The notes beneath the pieces are model-generated. The model worked only from the letters and a program-made list of their open reading frames with translations, had not been told where the DNA came from and searched no databases. From positions 10,321,432-10,385,431 of the forward strand of contig CAJINV010000001.1 in the NCBI GenBank assembly GCA_905178155.1: a DNA stretch of 64,000 nt, in the 5' to 3' direction. Source of the stretch: Amoebophrya sp. A120 (lineage: Eukaryota > Protista > Dinoflagellata). The position numbers and the translations under genes were made by a program. Positions 9,041-21,726 of this stretch are shown piece after piece (position 1 is the stretch's first letter; each line of letters opens with the position of its first letter).

Positions 9041-12000
9041 ATGTCCTCAACCGCCGAGGGAGACGGAGGGCACCATTATGGCGAGCGGATCAGCGAGCCC
9101 GGTTCCGTTCCTGCTGATGGTGACGTGGAGCCGCCGACGCCACGGCGGCGCAAAACGAGAACGCATTCAGCTGAGATGCGTCGCGCCCAGGCGACCTCGG
9201 TGACCGGTGGAGTGTGCTCGCTGCTACTGAACAATCTCCTTTGCGGTATGGACGACGAAGAGGAAGAGGAAAAGCAGCAGCAAAAGCCGGTGGACGATGA
9301 CCGTGAAGTAGAAGTCGATGTCGATCACCAGCTCGACGGCCGGAGCCGCACCAGCGAGACTACGACGACGCTATGTCAGCAGGAAAACGCCCCCGAGGTT
9401 GACGAAGATGTCCACCCTGCGTCCGAGGTGGGGGTGGTGCACAACGAGAACGGCACAGACGAAGCTGCTGTCGCAAGTTTTGTCTTGACCCTGATGTACC
9501 AGTCAATTTTCTCTACGTCATCGTCAATCGGCGACTACAACTCTGACGAGGCAGCGCCTACCGCTGAGGCAGCTTGCAGTACGTCTATGCCAGGCGCACG
9601 CGAGGACGAAGAGGTCGAAAGTGAAGAGGACGAGCTGCTACAAGATCTCCCCATGGTGCAGCACCAAAGCAGTGGGGCAAAAGGTTCCGGCTTCGTCCGG
9701 AGCTCCACGGGTCTTCATGGTGCTGCGGTGCGGGAGATCTACGTCGACGAAGAACCTAGCGTGGTGACGCGCGTTCTTGAGGAAGAAGCACCTGACTCCG
9801 CAGTCGTGGATGAAGATCAAGAGCAAGAACTGGCGGAAACCGAAACCAGTTCCAGCAAGGAAAACGAACACCCACGGATAGACGCGGTCGCGAAGCATGC
9901 GTCACTTGATCCGAGCATAGAAGGAAACCGAGATGATGCCCCCCGCGGTACCTCTTCCAGTTCCTCGTCGACGGACGACAGAACATCATCTGGTCCTGCG
10001 CCACAAGATGAACAGCATCGAAAACCAGCATCCGGTGCGGTGAAGCGCGCGATCTCGTTCGCCGAGCCTGAGGAAATTGAGGATGACGAAGTTGGCATGG
10101 AGGAGGTCGTGGACTGCGTGCTGCGAGACGCAATTTTTCACGGAATTTCGGAAGTGGTGACGTCCTCTGCGCAATCTTCAAGAGGGACTGCCTTTGGGAA
10201 CGTTGACAGCGACAGCGACACGAACAAAGGTCAGCTGTACTCCCTCTGTGGAGTTTTCGAGCCTGCGCGAGACCGTGGCGATCAGGAATACTTCGTCGAA
10301 GTTGAAAAGCTTACCGTGCAGAGCGATGCAGAGGATGACACCTGCATAGGAGCGAGCGCAGGTGTCGATTGGTGCTCAGCGGATGTTGTCAATCTGTTGC
10401 TCTTCAACGCATACGATAGTGCCTCAGTGTCATCTGCAGGGCAAAAGCACCTAGTAGACGGTGGCCATCCAGCGGAAAATGATCGCGAATATTCTGATGG
10501 AAATAAAGGGAGCCACGATTTGGTTTCTGCTGCAGATTTCGAAATGTCTCCCGCATTGCCTACTTTGCTGTTCTCCGACGAGGAGGATGGTGCTGTAGCA
10601 GATCTCGACGGTGTGGAGATCGCGATCAAGTCGAATGTTGAGGATGTTGCACGAAAAGAAGAACACGGCACTGAAGGTGATCAAGACGCAACCGGGGGCA
10701 TGGAGCGCGCAAACGCAAGCACTTCGTCGAGCAAGGAAGTCAGTACGGAACAAGATAGAGGATCCACTATGATCGCGGTGCAAGATTCGGATTCCTCGTT
10801 TGCCATCGATACAAACATCTTGCTTGATGAGGAACTGCAGCAGGACCAGGAGATCGAGGGCGTAGCAGCTGGAGCGACCAACAGCAGAAACGCCACGCCG
10901 CAGCACGAAGAACACGCTATTGCACCGGTTGAACATCAACAAGATTTGTACGGAGCAGGTGACAACTCCGAGTTGTTGTACGACCCCGAGGCGTATGATC
11001 CAGATTGGTCTTTCACGCGGTCCTTACCCGAGCTCGGGGAAGAGCGTCCCAAACGGTCGAAGTCAAAGGAGAAGTGCAGCGCCCAAAAGCACTTTGTTCA
11101 CCACGGAGCCACTCCCACTGCAACTGCATCATCTACTACTTCCTCCACGACCCTACAACACGCAGAGCACACGGCTGCAGGCCGGCGAAGTGGAAATGAA
11201 GAGGAAGAAACTTCGAGATTGTCTGGCAGATTATCGGATCATGAAGTTAACGATCGGACGAGCCTACATACATATGACACTATGGTCGCGCAGCACGACC
11301 ACGACCACGACGGCGACCGAGAGAGCAAGAAAGCCGTTTGCTACACCGTCCGTTCGCTCCGCGCGTTCTTGAAGGATCGCTACTTCAGCCGCTGGAAGCA
11401 ACTCTTCAAACGAGCCCGGGAGTGGGATCGGACGGCGCACGATGCAGCACCTGATATGCGGCAATGTTCTCCGGGATCAAGAAGCGGACTAAACTCAGGC
11501 TCTAGTTCCCCAAAGAGTGCGTCTAAGTTGAAATTTCAAACGCCGAGATCCCGGTCGGCATCTGCGTCACCATCGTCTCCGCTTGCAAGTCGAGTGCCCT
11601 GCGCTTCTTCCTTCAGAAGCAGCACGCGGAATAAGACGAATGTAGCGGCTGGGAGTAGAGGTGGATCAGCGATGAATGCGAGTTCTGCCATAGTTGCGAG
11701 CAACGGAAAAGGTCAAGCAAGGAATCAGGAACCTGATAATTTCCAGACCCCGTTCTCCGCGAAACCGCCAAGACCTGCTCCGATTTCCGACGCTTCGACC
11801 TCGCCGCGGAAGTCGTCTGCACGAAAGAGCCACCGCTTACGGCGCAAACAGTCCTGGAACCACACGACGACTGGGGTTACGCATCTTCAAAGCGTTGTCC
11901 CGCCGGCAGGCAGGCCCAGTAGCCACAACAAGGAGAGCATAAGTGTGAACAAGCAGAACTTCAGCGCACTGGCGTCTTTCTCTTCCAACCTCCCCGGCAG

Positions 12001-12592
12001 CTATAACAGCAACCCGATCGACCTGGCTGAGACCACTTTTCTGAAACAAAACGAAGCGAGCTCCGGGCGCGACCAGTTTTTGTACGAGCTGCGCGAGTTC
12101 CAGACGGAGGTGCGCGCAAATTTTCAAAGCCCGCTGGTGCGCAAGCGACCGCTCAAGGGAAAGTTGCCACCCGATTGTTCCCCAGCGTTGATGTTGACGG
12201 GTCCGGTAATACCGAGTCCGGCAGTTGTGAATTCATCTTTCAGTGCAACGAGAGGACGAAAGGTACCATGAGCAGCTTGATGCCCACGCAAGAATGATCC
12301 AACGAAGATGCTTGACTTCCACGATAGTTTTTTTGATCTATACAGTTCCAGATGTAAGTAAAAACTGAACAATGTTAATGTTTCAATACAGGATTCCTTC
12401 CTTGATTCGGAGAGACTTTTGTTGGGCGCTGGTTGCGAGCGCGCAGCTGCGGAGAATGGTGAGGGCGACGGCTTCCAGCGGTGGCGGGTCGGTGTGGCAT
12501 CGCTGATTCTTGAGAAAATTTACCAAGCCCGACTAGAAAAGATTCACAAGTTTTCGGCAAAACAGGACCAGGGGCGCAACTCCAGTAGCTAG
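9041..12592 (+). CDS. Large acidic/Ser-rich low-complexity hypothetical protein (~1140 aa)
   Basis: ORF 9041-12262 plus a predicted second exon 12392-12592 (intron 12263-12391, GTAC..CAG|G) encoding DSFLDSERLLLG..FQRWRVGVASLILEKIYQARLEK. Confidence 0.7.
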
Positions 12593-13523
12593 AGGCCTAC
12601 TACTACACGAGGTGGAAACAGTAGCCGGCACCGAGGTAAGGAGTGCCCTTCGCAAGTAACTAAACTATGTGTTCAAGATTAAGAGTAAGCATTAGTCAAG
12701 TTTCACAGAATGGAGCCGTATACAAAACGTAATTAATGCTACGACATGAAAATAGTTACATTACATCCAGTCCTCAGTCTCATCAATGACATTTAGTTTC
12801 CGGTTTGTAGTTGTAGAAGAATCATCAAAAGAATTGTTGTCGGAATATCTAAAAGTAATTTTCATCAACAAAAACTAAAACGCATGAGAGTAAATGTTAG
12901 CATGTGCATGACTGACAAGAAGAAGAAAGTCATGAAGACTTCTGAAATTGCTTGAACAACATAGTCTTGATGTAAAATCCCTCCGGTTTTGGTCCTGCTA
13001 GTATAGTCACGCAGCAAGAGCTAGTAGTAGTAAGTTCCGCTGCAATAGAAAATTTCAAAAGTTCAGTTTGACGCCCTTCCGATGTGTGGAAGCCAATGTT
13101 TCAACACCCAGAGCGCGCCGATGTGTTTAGAAGCTTTGTTTGCTCTGCTGGGCACATGTTTCGTCTCAGGAGTCAGGTCAGCTCTACTTACTCATTACGG
13201 AAAACGATGAAAGCTGCAAGGGGAAGGAGAGGAACACGAAGAAGCACGACACGGGCAGAACTCCCTCGTCTCCACCTTCAGTGCTGATTAGTTCGAGCGT
13301 TGAGACGCTCGATCTTAGTGCGACTGAGCGAACCCACGAAGATCATGATATGATGCCAAGATAAAGTTAAAGAAAGCACAGTCACTTCTATAGTACCCAT
13401 CCGAAATGCAAAAAATACAACTTAGGATTGAAATAGCACAGAAGCAGAAGGAACTGTACCTTGAGCGGCAGCATCTGCTTTTCTCCCAACGCGACCGACG
13501 CGAATAAGGCCACACACTACGCA

Positions 13524-16430
13524 ATGCAGACGGTTCAAAGGCGTTGGGTAGATAGCGACGGGCAGGTGCACGGGAAGCAACCGACTGTCGGAGACGCTGC
13601 GCCGAACTTCTTCGCCGCGCAACCTCCACAACCACCCTCCTACAATCGCCGACCGTTCCAACAGCTTCTGCCAGACGAGTCGCCCATCGCCGGCCTCGGC
13701 GTCATCAATGTTTCTCAGACCCCGAGCGATAGCGAGCTGAACCTTTCAGTCTCCTTCGCCGCACCCGCTTCCGCCACCCGAGATTATCGCTATGGCGGTG
13801 CGGTTCCCGCTGGTCCTGTTTCGCACGACCGAAACGTCAATGCAAACCCTGCAGCGGACGACGACGACGAGGACGTTAGCTTCATCTCCTCGATGTGTGG
13901 AGGCGACGGCGGCGTGAAGCACGTCGTGAGCGGTACAACGGCAGGGACCGCGGCCGGGTTTTGTTTAAACCAAAATCCTGGCGAGCGACCAGGTGAGGAG
14001 AGACTGAGCGTCAGCGCTAAAAAGTGCTTCAGCCGACAGAATCATGATGCAAAACATCATCCGGAGATCACGCCCTTCCAACAGACGCGCCGCACCGGGA
14101 ACACGTCCGATCAAGTCCGCTTTGCGAGCTCCAACTGGGCAGAGGATTCGGAGCTGCTCATTCCCTTGGAGAACGAGACATTCATGGTTGTGGACGACGC
14201 TAATGCGAGCCAGATTTCCTACCAGTACAACATGCATGATGAAAAGGAAAACTACATCCAGAGCCCGCGGTCAAACCGGAACATGGAAAGCGTTTTGGTT
14301 CATTCCAGCTTGTTTGAGCCTTCGGAAATCCTTGATCAAAGCGATCTGCGGGTCCGCACCGGGGATGATCTTCGGGGTTGTTCTTCGAGCTGCAGGAAGC
14401 AGCAAAATAAAATGCAGGAGAAATTCTTCGACAGCGAAATGGAAATGCAAGAAAATTGCGACGACGTGCGATTCTCGGTTCCTCCTGCAAGCAGCACTAT
14501 GAACCCGGAAGATCAATATCGTCGTGCCACTTTTACCACTGTCGCTAGTACGAGCCGTCAGATGTCACGCACTTCCTCCGCGGTGTCGCAAGCGGAGCAG
14601 GCACGCTTTGCAATGTTCCAGGAACATCAGGATGTTGAGGTTGACCACAGTGTACTGCAGCAGCAGGAACAATCGTCCATTATCTCGCCCATGTCCGTCG
14701 TGAAGAAAAGCCGTGCGGCGCGCCCGCAAGGAACGCCCCGCAGAGTCGGTGCAGGAGCAGGGCGTAGTGTAGTTGGGGACGACCCGATCAAACAGCAAAG
14801 TCAAACACCACGATTTCGAGTTCCTGAAAAAATTGATCTTCACTTGAACGAGTCCCACCTTGTGCAGATGGAGGTATCTCAGTGCAGCATATCCCCGATG
14901 TCCATTGCCAACGGAGGGAACAAGCGCAAGGAACAGCCAGACACGTCGCCACCCTCCGTCGGGAATTGTGTTGCAGTTAAGAACAGGCCGCCGCGACTGG
15001 AACTAGGTGGAGCCTCCGAGCAGCTGCAGCAGCGCATTGCTCCTCAGCAACAGACGGGAGGGGTGCCGGAAGTTTTCGGCGTGCCCTCCTTGGATCGAAC
15101 GGGTCCAGTTCCAAGTTTCGCGGTCGTCGGTCACGTTGTAGCACACCAGACGAATCGAAGATCGACCATTCACAGTGGTGTCGGCATCCATGATAGAAGC
15201 GAACGTCTGGGAAGTAGAGGAAGAGTACCACTGCAAGTAGAACAGCAAGTTCAATCGAACCCGTTCACTCAGAGGCCGCCGTCGGGATCACCGTTGAACG
15301 CGCTCAGCCGTAGCAAAAGCAGCATTTTCCAACCGCCTCCCAGTTGTACTAACAGGAGTGGCGTTCTTTTGGAGCACGGAATGACTCGAAACAGTTCTCA
15401 GTCCCAGCTCTCTGCCGGCATAAAAACCGCTGCGGATAATTCTTGCCTCCGGGGCTGCGGCCCGAACTGGAGTGCAGGCAGCGTACCAGAGTCCGCATTG
15501 TCCAGAGGCGTTTCAGTTGGGCTGGAGCGTCGGCGTTCGAGTTCGCAGCAACGGCGCTCTAATCCGTACGCTCCTCCTAGTAGGGGTGCTTCGCCAGCAG
15601 GAGCGGTATCCGTAGTTGACCGTAGGGGCTCGGGGATCGGCGCAGTGCCGAGGCCGCCGACGGCACAGCCGTGTCCTCAGACCCGGAGGGTGTCGGATTT
15701 CAATCAAGATCGACGAAGCCCTGCATCTTCACCAAACGCAAACAAGGACCCACATCAAGGTGGAGCACGACAGCAAGACTTTGGAAATCGACAGCGCTTG
15801 TCGTTGCCCTCGGGTCCATCTCCATCCAGTTCTCGGACAACTCCAGGTCCAGTTTCTTCGGGAAGAACGGGTGCACAAGTTGTACCAAAAGCAAAACCGC
15901 CGTCGGCGGGCCCCGCATCTGCAAAGCGGGCGTCGCTCAGCGGCAAGAAAAAGCCTAATCCGTTCCTGGCTGGACCAACCAGGCCGAGTTACAGCCAAGG
16001 AGACGCTGAGCAGCTGCAAAAAAATTCTTCGACCGCACACCTCGCGCCTGCGCAACCGTCGTCCGCGATCCCAACGCCCTTGTTCATCACTGCTGCTTCT
16101 GCGGCAGCTCCTCCTCCTGTCCAGAGCGCTGCGACAATTCAAAGGCCCCATGTCCCCATGTTCACACGCCAGGCACCCACTCGACAGGCGGTAAAAGAAA
16201 TGTTCAATCAGGCTGGTGGCGTTAGTTACAGTGCGAGCAGCACGGAGGATCAGCCGAGCAGCAGTTCCAAAAACAAGGCCACTAAAGATACTAAACAGCC
16301 AGCGACCATCATCTCGCCGCCGCTGCACCTTACAGATCAGCGAGTGGACCTGGATGGCGACTCCAGCCTGCTGAATCTCTCCATGGCTAGCAGTGTTTTC
16401 CATCCGCGAAAGTGGCGCAACCGGAACTAG
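13524..16430 (+). CDS. Intrinsically disordered S/P/Q/R-rich hypothetical protein
   Basis: Stop-free 2.9-kb ORF. First in-frame ATG is at 13524 (the track uses TTG 13461). No domain recognised, and upstream exons are possible. Confidence 0.7.
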   Translation: MQTVQRRWVDSDGQVHGKQPTVGDAAPNFFAAQPPQPPSYNRRPFQQLLPDESPIAGLGVINVSQTPSDSELNLSVSFAAPASATRDYRYGGAVPAGPVSHDRNVNANPAADDDDEDVSFISSMCGGDGGVKHVVSGTTAGTAAGFCLNQNPGERPGEERLSVSAKKCFSRQNHDAKHHPEITPFQQTRRTGNTSDQVRFASSNWAEDSELLIPLENETFMVVDDANASQISYQYNMHDEKENYIQSPRSNRNMESVLVHSSLFEPSEILDQSDLRVRTGDDLRGCSSSCRKQQNKMQEKFFDSEMEMQENCDDVRFSVPPASSTMNPEDQYRRATFTTVASTSRQMSRTSSAVSQAEQARFAMFQEHQDVEVDHSVLQQQEQSSIISPMSVVKKSRAARPQGTPRRVGAGAGRSVVGDDPIKQQSQTPRFRVPEKIDLHLNESHLVQMEVSQCSISPMSIANGGNKRKEQPDTSPPSVGNCVAVKNRPPRLELGGASEQLQQRIAPQQQTGGVPEVFGVPSLDRTGPVPSFAVVGHVVAHQTNRRSTIHSGVGIHDRSERLGSRGRVPLQVEQQVQSNPFTQRPPSGSPLNALSRSKSSIFQPPPSCTNRSGVLLEHGMTRNSSQSQLSAGIKTAADNSCLRGCGPNWSAGSVPESALSRGVSVGLERRRSSSQQRRSNPYAPPSRGASPAGAVSVVDRRGSGIGAVPRPPTAQPCPQTRRVSDFNQDRRSPASSPNANKDPHQGGARQQDFGNRQRLSLPSGPSPSSSRTTPGPVSSGRTGAQVVPKAKPPSAGPASAKRASLSGKKKPNPFLAGPTRPSYSQGDAEQLQKNSSTAHLAPAQPSSAIPTPLFITAASAAAPPPVQSAATIQRPHVPMFTRQAPTRQAVKEMFNQAGGVSYSASSTEDQPSSSSKNKATKDTKQPATIISPPLHLTDQRVDLDGDSSLLNLSMASSVFHPRKWRNRN

Positions 16431-17052
16431 ATCAGAGAACAAAAACCAAAACGAGCCGTAAAAGTTGAAGTTGCAGCAATTGAAAAACTGACTCGAGAGA
16501 CTGTGTCAGCCGAGTCTTCATTTTCCAGGGTCTTGCCACAGATTCGTTACTTCGGCTCTAAGTACTTTCCTGCTTCAGTGTTTATGCTGTTGGTTTTTGC
16601 CTCACCAGGTCAATTAAGTATTTCTCTGACGCTATGTTCTTTTCGTCACCTTGCCGTTTCATCTCTGTTCCGAGGAGGGGCGCTCCTCGGAACGATACAA
16701 AATGGAAAGACGGTTGCTCGAACGCGTTGTGATTTGGCGGGAGAACAACAGAGATCGCGAAGAGACCGAGAGCGTTGCAAATGGGAGAGCCTGCAGGTCA
16801 GTCAGCTGCTCGGTAGCTTTCATGTGAGAGATCGTTCTGGAGCATTTACTCTTTGTCTTTGACATCCTCAAGTTCAAGTCGAGTAGAACAAATCTGACGA
16901 GAAAAACGTGTTGACGAAGTGCTTTGCTTTATTGGTTTTGGTGAGAAGTGTAGAGATAGAGCAAAAAGCGAAGATGGTCTACTGCAGAAGTTAGCGATAC
17001 TCCGAGCACTACCGGCGCTGCTCCTCCAGTTGCTGGCTCGAACAAGAACATC

Positions 17053-19538
17053 ATGGAGCGGCTTCTTGCCAACGACGTGGTTCTGGCGCACTGGCGGTTG
17101 CCCCGCCGGGACTGGAATCTTCATGAAGACCAGGACTACACGGAGCGCCTGCAGTCCCTACTTTCCGAGTGTCGGAAACGCAGCTCGGGGAAGACCACGC
17201 ACGAGACGAAAGTGTTACGGACCGACATCATCCCAGCGCTCGAGAAAACGCTAGGTATCGCTTCCAAGGAGCCTGACATGGTGCTCGCGTTGTACCAGAT
17301 CCCCGACGAGCACTGGCACGGCGCGCACTACACTTCGCGGGACGAGAGTGCGGAGGACGAGGAGATCGAGATAGCCGAGCACCACTTGGAGCCCATGTTG
17401 TACTACGTGCACCGGGAGATTTTTTCCGCTTTGAACAGCGTGATCAAGAGCGAAATGCTTCTCTGGGACCAGATGGAGGACATGGCGGTAAAGTACCGCA
17501 AAGCCTGCCGAAAACTCTCCAGCGCCTGGTTCAAATTCGGTCTAACGCAGATAAAGAATTGGGTGGACCACATGAAGTCGCGATCGCCCCGGAAACGGCA
17601 CACAAACAGCCGCGCACTGGAATTTGTGGAAAAACACGACGATGGCGGAGGCGGAGGACGTTCAGCAGTAGCAAGTAGTGCAGGAGCGAGCCGATCAGGA
17701 AGCAAGGAAATCGATCCGCCCGACGCTGTGGTGGACGATATGAGCATACGGCTACCGCCGATAGGAGAACAGGGCCCTGGAGGAGGTGCCGACAACAACA
17801 TCGACGGGACGATAAATGAAACAGGCACTGCCGATAAGACCGTCACTGACACAGAGGGCACGATAAACGAAGAGGGCACGCACCGAGCGGAGCGGATTGC
17901 AACCGACACGGAGTCGCAGGTGCCCAAAACGGAATCCGAAATCTACCCGGACGAGTTCGCAACTGAAGGAGAAGAAGTGCTGGGAGATGCGGCCGCACAA
18001 CCCCCACCTGAAGGCGTTGCAGCCTCCTCATCGTCAACATCAGGCGCAGTAGCAGGTAGTTCATCTTCCGCGCCAAAAGTGTCGCCTGCGATAGACGACA
18101 AGGTCTTCGGCGCCTGGTTCGAAACGCAAGCCAAGGACACGCCGGAAGCGAGCCCGCAGAAAGGATTTCCCGACGTGGTCGGTGGTCGTGCTGGGGAACA
18201 AGATGATCCTGTGCACGAGGCAATTTTGCCGGAGCACGAACTGGAGGAGGAGGAAGGGCAGGACGAGGCCGAAGTAGACGTCGAGGACATGCCGGCGCTG
18301 CGCGATTTGACCTACATGCCCTTTGCGGAGCAGAGCATGCGCTCGCTGAAACCATCCGCGAACAGTGTCATCGAATTGCAGGAATCCCACTTGCGGCACC
18401 TCCACCGTTGCAAAATACGCGGGTCGAATCAACGTACTTACTTCTTACAGGAATCAGACCGCACTGACGCTTGTTTGAACTTAATCGTTATCTCGTCAGG
18501 TGCTTTGTAAGCGATGCAAGAAGTGAAATTTTCCCGTAGCGGCGCAGTGAGATGAAAATCTAAATCTAAATCATCAAACAGGACTCGGCGAGCTCTTCTA
18601 CAAGCAAGTAGTAGTTCACGTCGACCGGCCCAACGAGCCCGTGAAAGTTCGGTCCCGCTTGACGTCCAAGGGCGTCGCGCACGCGCTGCACTACCTCTAC
18701 AACCCGCGGGAGTCTTGGAAGCACATTCCGGCCGACGAGTTCCCCGCGACGCTGCACTTTTTCTTTCAACTCGCGGTTTCCGAACGCGAGATGATTGCGC
18801 AATTGCGACGAGTGTTGACCGAGCGTCCGCAGGTTGGCTGCTTGAACCTCGCCCGACAGTACGGCTACGACCGCACCAGGGCGGAGCAACTACCGAAAGA
18901 CCAAATTGTGATGCGGAGAAACGCGGATTTCCTGAATTTGGAGGAAGTTATCCTCTCCTCCGTCGCGCGAAACTACGACAGTGAGGACGTCAAGCACATC
19001 CGCGGGTACAACGCTCTGTCCGACGAGGACAAAATTGCCATCGCGGAGCGACGGATCGCCGGCTTGGAAGGCTTGATCCGGGAGCCCCACATCCGGTTCC
19101 GGACGCACTTCCGCGATATGCTCCCGCCCGGGTCGATTGAGGACAAACCGCTGCTGCCACTTACCACCTCGCAGCGGAATGCAAGGAGTCGCGGGTACTG
19201 CAACTTGCGTTCTTGCAACGCTAGCCTTTTCTTGCTTCGTCGAGCTCGAGGACTGTGAATTTGAAGATGGTGCTCATTGGCATGGATATTTGGTATTGAG
19301 AAAAAGTAAAATAAGACGGAGAATCGAAATCATCATCCTGACCGTTATCACACCCACCAGGTACAGCCATCACTTTTTCGCTGCGAAAGCTGCGGAAGAA
19401 AAGGAAGCGGAGGCGAAGCGCCGGGCCGCTGAGGCTGAGGAGGAGAGGAAGAAGGAAAAGAATCGCGAACTGTACTTTCGCCCGCGAAGCAAAAGCAGCA
19501 ACTTTGCCTTCCATGACTCAAGAACAGTGGGTTTGTAA
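17053..19538 (+). CDS. Hypothetical protein (~723 aa or more), three predicted exons
   Basis: Exons 17053-18433, 18582-19194 and 19361-19538. Introns 18434-18581 and 19195-19360 (both GTAC..CAG|G) join three ORFs in frame. A possible extra 5' exon begins at ATG 16702. Confidence 0.6.
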
Positions 19539-20079
19539 TTGTAGATGCGAAGCCCAGCAAGGCCAGGCGAAAACTAAAACCCGCAACTGATACAACAGCA
19601 ACAAGATGACGGCTGCCCGTGAAGGAAGAAAGTGAAATCCGTAATCGTCTTCGATACATGATCGGTACCAGTCTCTGTAACACCCTTCTCTTCAGGAATT
19701 CAATCTCGTATATTAGTGTCGGTTCTTGCATACAATCCGCAACATCCACGATCGTCGCACTTTCCTCGCAACATAGCAAAAATACAAAGTAGACAGCTTT
19801 TGTAGACGGACAAGGAAATAAAAGAGATTTCTGGTATGTCATTTTCCCAACGACAACTCCTGGATATGTGGTACTTAGGTGGTCTGCAGATTATTTGCCA
19901 ACCGACAACATGTACATGAACCATTCAGATCGAATTTCTCTCTATGCACTCTTCTGCAGAAGGAGAAGAATATGCAAAACCATGAGTTCCCCCGCAGGCT
20001 CTGCCATGTCGAGGTAGGTGGATGGAGAAGGTGAAGCCTTCATCCTGCTAGAAGCAGTATCGCGGTGGGCGGCTAAACG

Positions 20080-21726
20080 ATGACACCTTGCGAGTATTGG
20101 CTCCCGTTGGTCAGCGCATTGCGCTCCCGATGCAAGCTGATTCCGCAGAATGGTGAGCGAACGCGAAGTCACGAAGAGGACCAACAGCACTCACGCAGAT
20201 TCAACTGGCCGACTAAGAAGGTCTTCATTCGAAGCAACTCAACATATTGTGAAGATACAACATCGCACAGCAAGTTAGCAGCAGCGGCTCGAACCTACGG
20301 CCTGCCGACCTCCCGATATTTGATCCAGAAACGCTCCTACGCAGTCGAATTCGATTCTCGCACACGAAACCCGGTTTACGTGGTGGAATACTTGACGCGA
20401 GACAACCTGCGCAATGTCCAGGTTCAACGCACGTCGTTTGGAGGAGCAGGGAATAAATCCGCGAAGGCCTTACCTGCGGATGAAAGCCAAGTCGTGAATC
20501 AGGAACGACAAGATGCCGTGTCTGATTTTTCAGCGTCAGCAGGGCTGAGAAGCGTCAACAAAGAAACCGGCGAACAAATACCGAGCGGCCAGAACGTCCT
20601 TCTCCGCGACCATTTTCAGGAGGAGGAGAAAATATCGGAAAAAATGCGCAACAAGCTCTCCCACTTCTACCGCAGCGGTTACGACCGGGGGCACCTCGCC
20701 GCGGCGCGGAACCATCGGCACGACGCTGAAGCTTTTTCCGAAACCTTCAGCCTGGCTAACATCAGCCCGCAGGTTGGTCGCGGCTTCAACCGTGGCTACT
20801 GGGCGGGTTTGGAGCGGTTCGTAGCGGAAGCAGTTTTGTTCGGGGCGGCAAAAGCAGCAGATGGTGCAGGCAATAAGATCGTGGATGAACTTCTTATTGA
20901 CGAGGCAATCGTGATAACTGGTCCGTTGTTCCTGCCACAGGAGGTTGTGGGACGGAAAGCAAAAGATCAGGAGACCGAAGCGGAGCCTCTGGCTGCTCCC
21001 AAGACCACTCCTCACAGACTTCGCGTCGAGTACCCCGCTCTTGGACAAGTTCCTAATCTCGTCAGCGTACCGACGCATTACTTCAAGATCGTTTTTGCGA
21101 AAGACCGCTTTTTGGCTTGTTTCCTGCTCCCAAACTGCGAAATCGAACCCGAGATCCCGCTGCTGTTCTTCTTGCGCTCCTTGGACGAGTTAGAGGAACT
21201 AAGCGGCGTTGAATTTTTTCCGAAAATGAGCCCCGCGGAGCGGAAAGCACTGGACAAGATGGAGTTGGAGGTCCTGAAGCTGGTGCGTACGAAATTGGCG
21301 ATTCTACCTTCGGCAGAGGTCACAGAGGTGCAGAAAACGGAAAAAGATTTCAGCACATCAAGAAGAAAGGAGAAAGACGGAAAAAATGCAATAAGGGAAC
21401 AAGAAAATGGAGAAACATCCACAGGCGTGCTTTCCACAGTATTTCGAGACATTCGGAGGATGCTGTTCAGCCAGGCGGATTCCGATTCTGTTTCTGGGGC
21501 TAAAGCGAGTGTAGAAGAAAGAAAAACAGTGGTGAAATTTTCAGAAGGCCTCGCTGCGGCTGACAAAAAAATGGAAGATATTGGATCGAATTTGCTTCCT
21601 GCAACACATGGCAAGTTTCGACATCTGTGTGAAGTTGTGCGATGTCGCATTCGAACGCAAAAGCCTCCGACTACTAGTCCAGCTTCAGTCGATTCTGCAG
21701 CGGGTCTTGTTGCTGCGAGCGCTTAA
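20080..21726 (+). CDS. ENDOG: Endonuclease G / Nuc1-like DNA/RNA non-specific endonuclease
   Basis: YAVEFDSRTRNPVYVVEYL, SGYDRGHLAAARNH (DRGH catalytic motif), ETFSLANISPQVGRGFNRGYWAGLE, VITGPLFLP and VSVPTHYFK. Confidence 0.93.
   Translation: MTPCEYWLPLVSALRSRCKLIPQNGERTRSHEEDQQHSRRFNWPTKKVFIRSNSTYCEDTTSHSKLAAAARTYGLPTSRYLIQKRSYAVEFDSRTRNPVYVVEYLTRDNLRNVQVQRTSFGGAGNKSAKALPADESQVVNQERQDAVSDFSASAGLRSVNKETGEQIPSGQNVLLRDHFQEEEKISEKMRNKLSHFYRSGYDRGHLAAARNHRHDAEAFSETFSLANISPQVGRGFNRGYWAGLERFVAEAVLFGAAKAADGAGNKIVDELLIDEAIVITGPLFLPQEVVGRKAKDQETEAEPLAAPKTTPHRLRVEYPALGQVPNLVSVPTHYFKIVFAKDRFLACFLLPNCEIEPEIPLLFFLRSLDELEELSGVEFFPKMSPAERKALDKMELEVLKLVRTKLAILPSAEVTEVQKTEKDFSTSRRKEKDGKNAIREQENGETSTGVLSTVFRDIRRMLFSQADSDSVSGAKASVEERKTVVKFSEGLAAADKKMEDIGSNLLPATHGKFRHLCEVVRCRIRTQKPPTTSPASVDSAAGLVAASA

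Noticed and set aside
13084-13364. Short + ORFs upstream of the 13524 gene as a 5' exon
   Set aside because: I found no donor/acceptor pair giving a convincing in-frame join.
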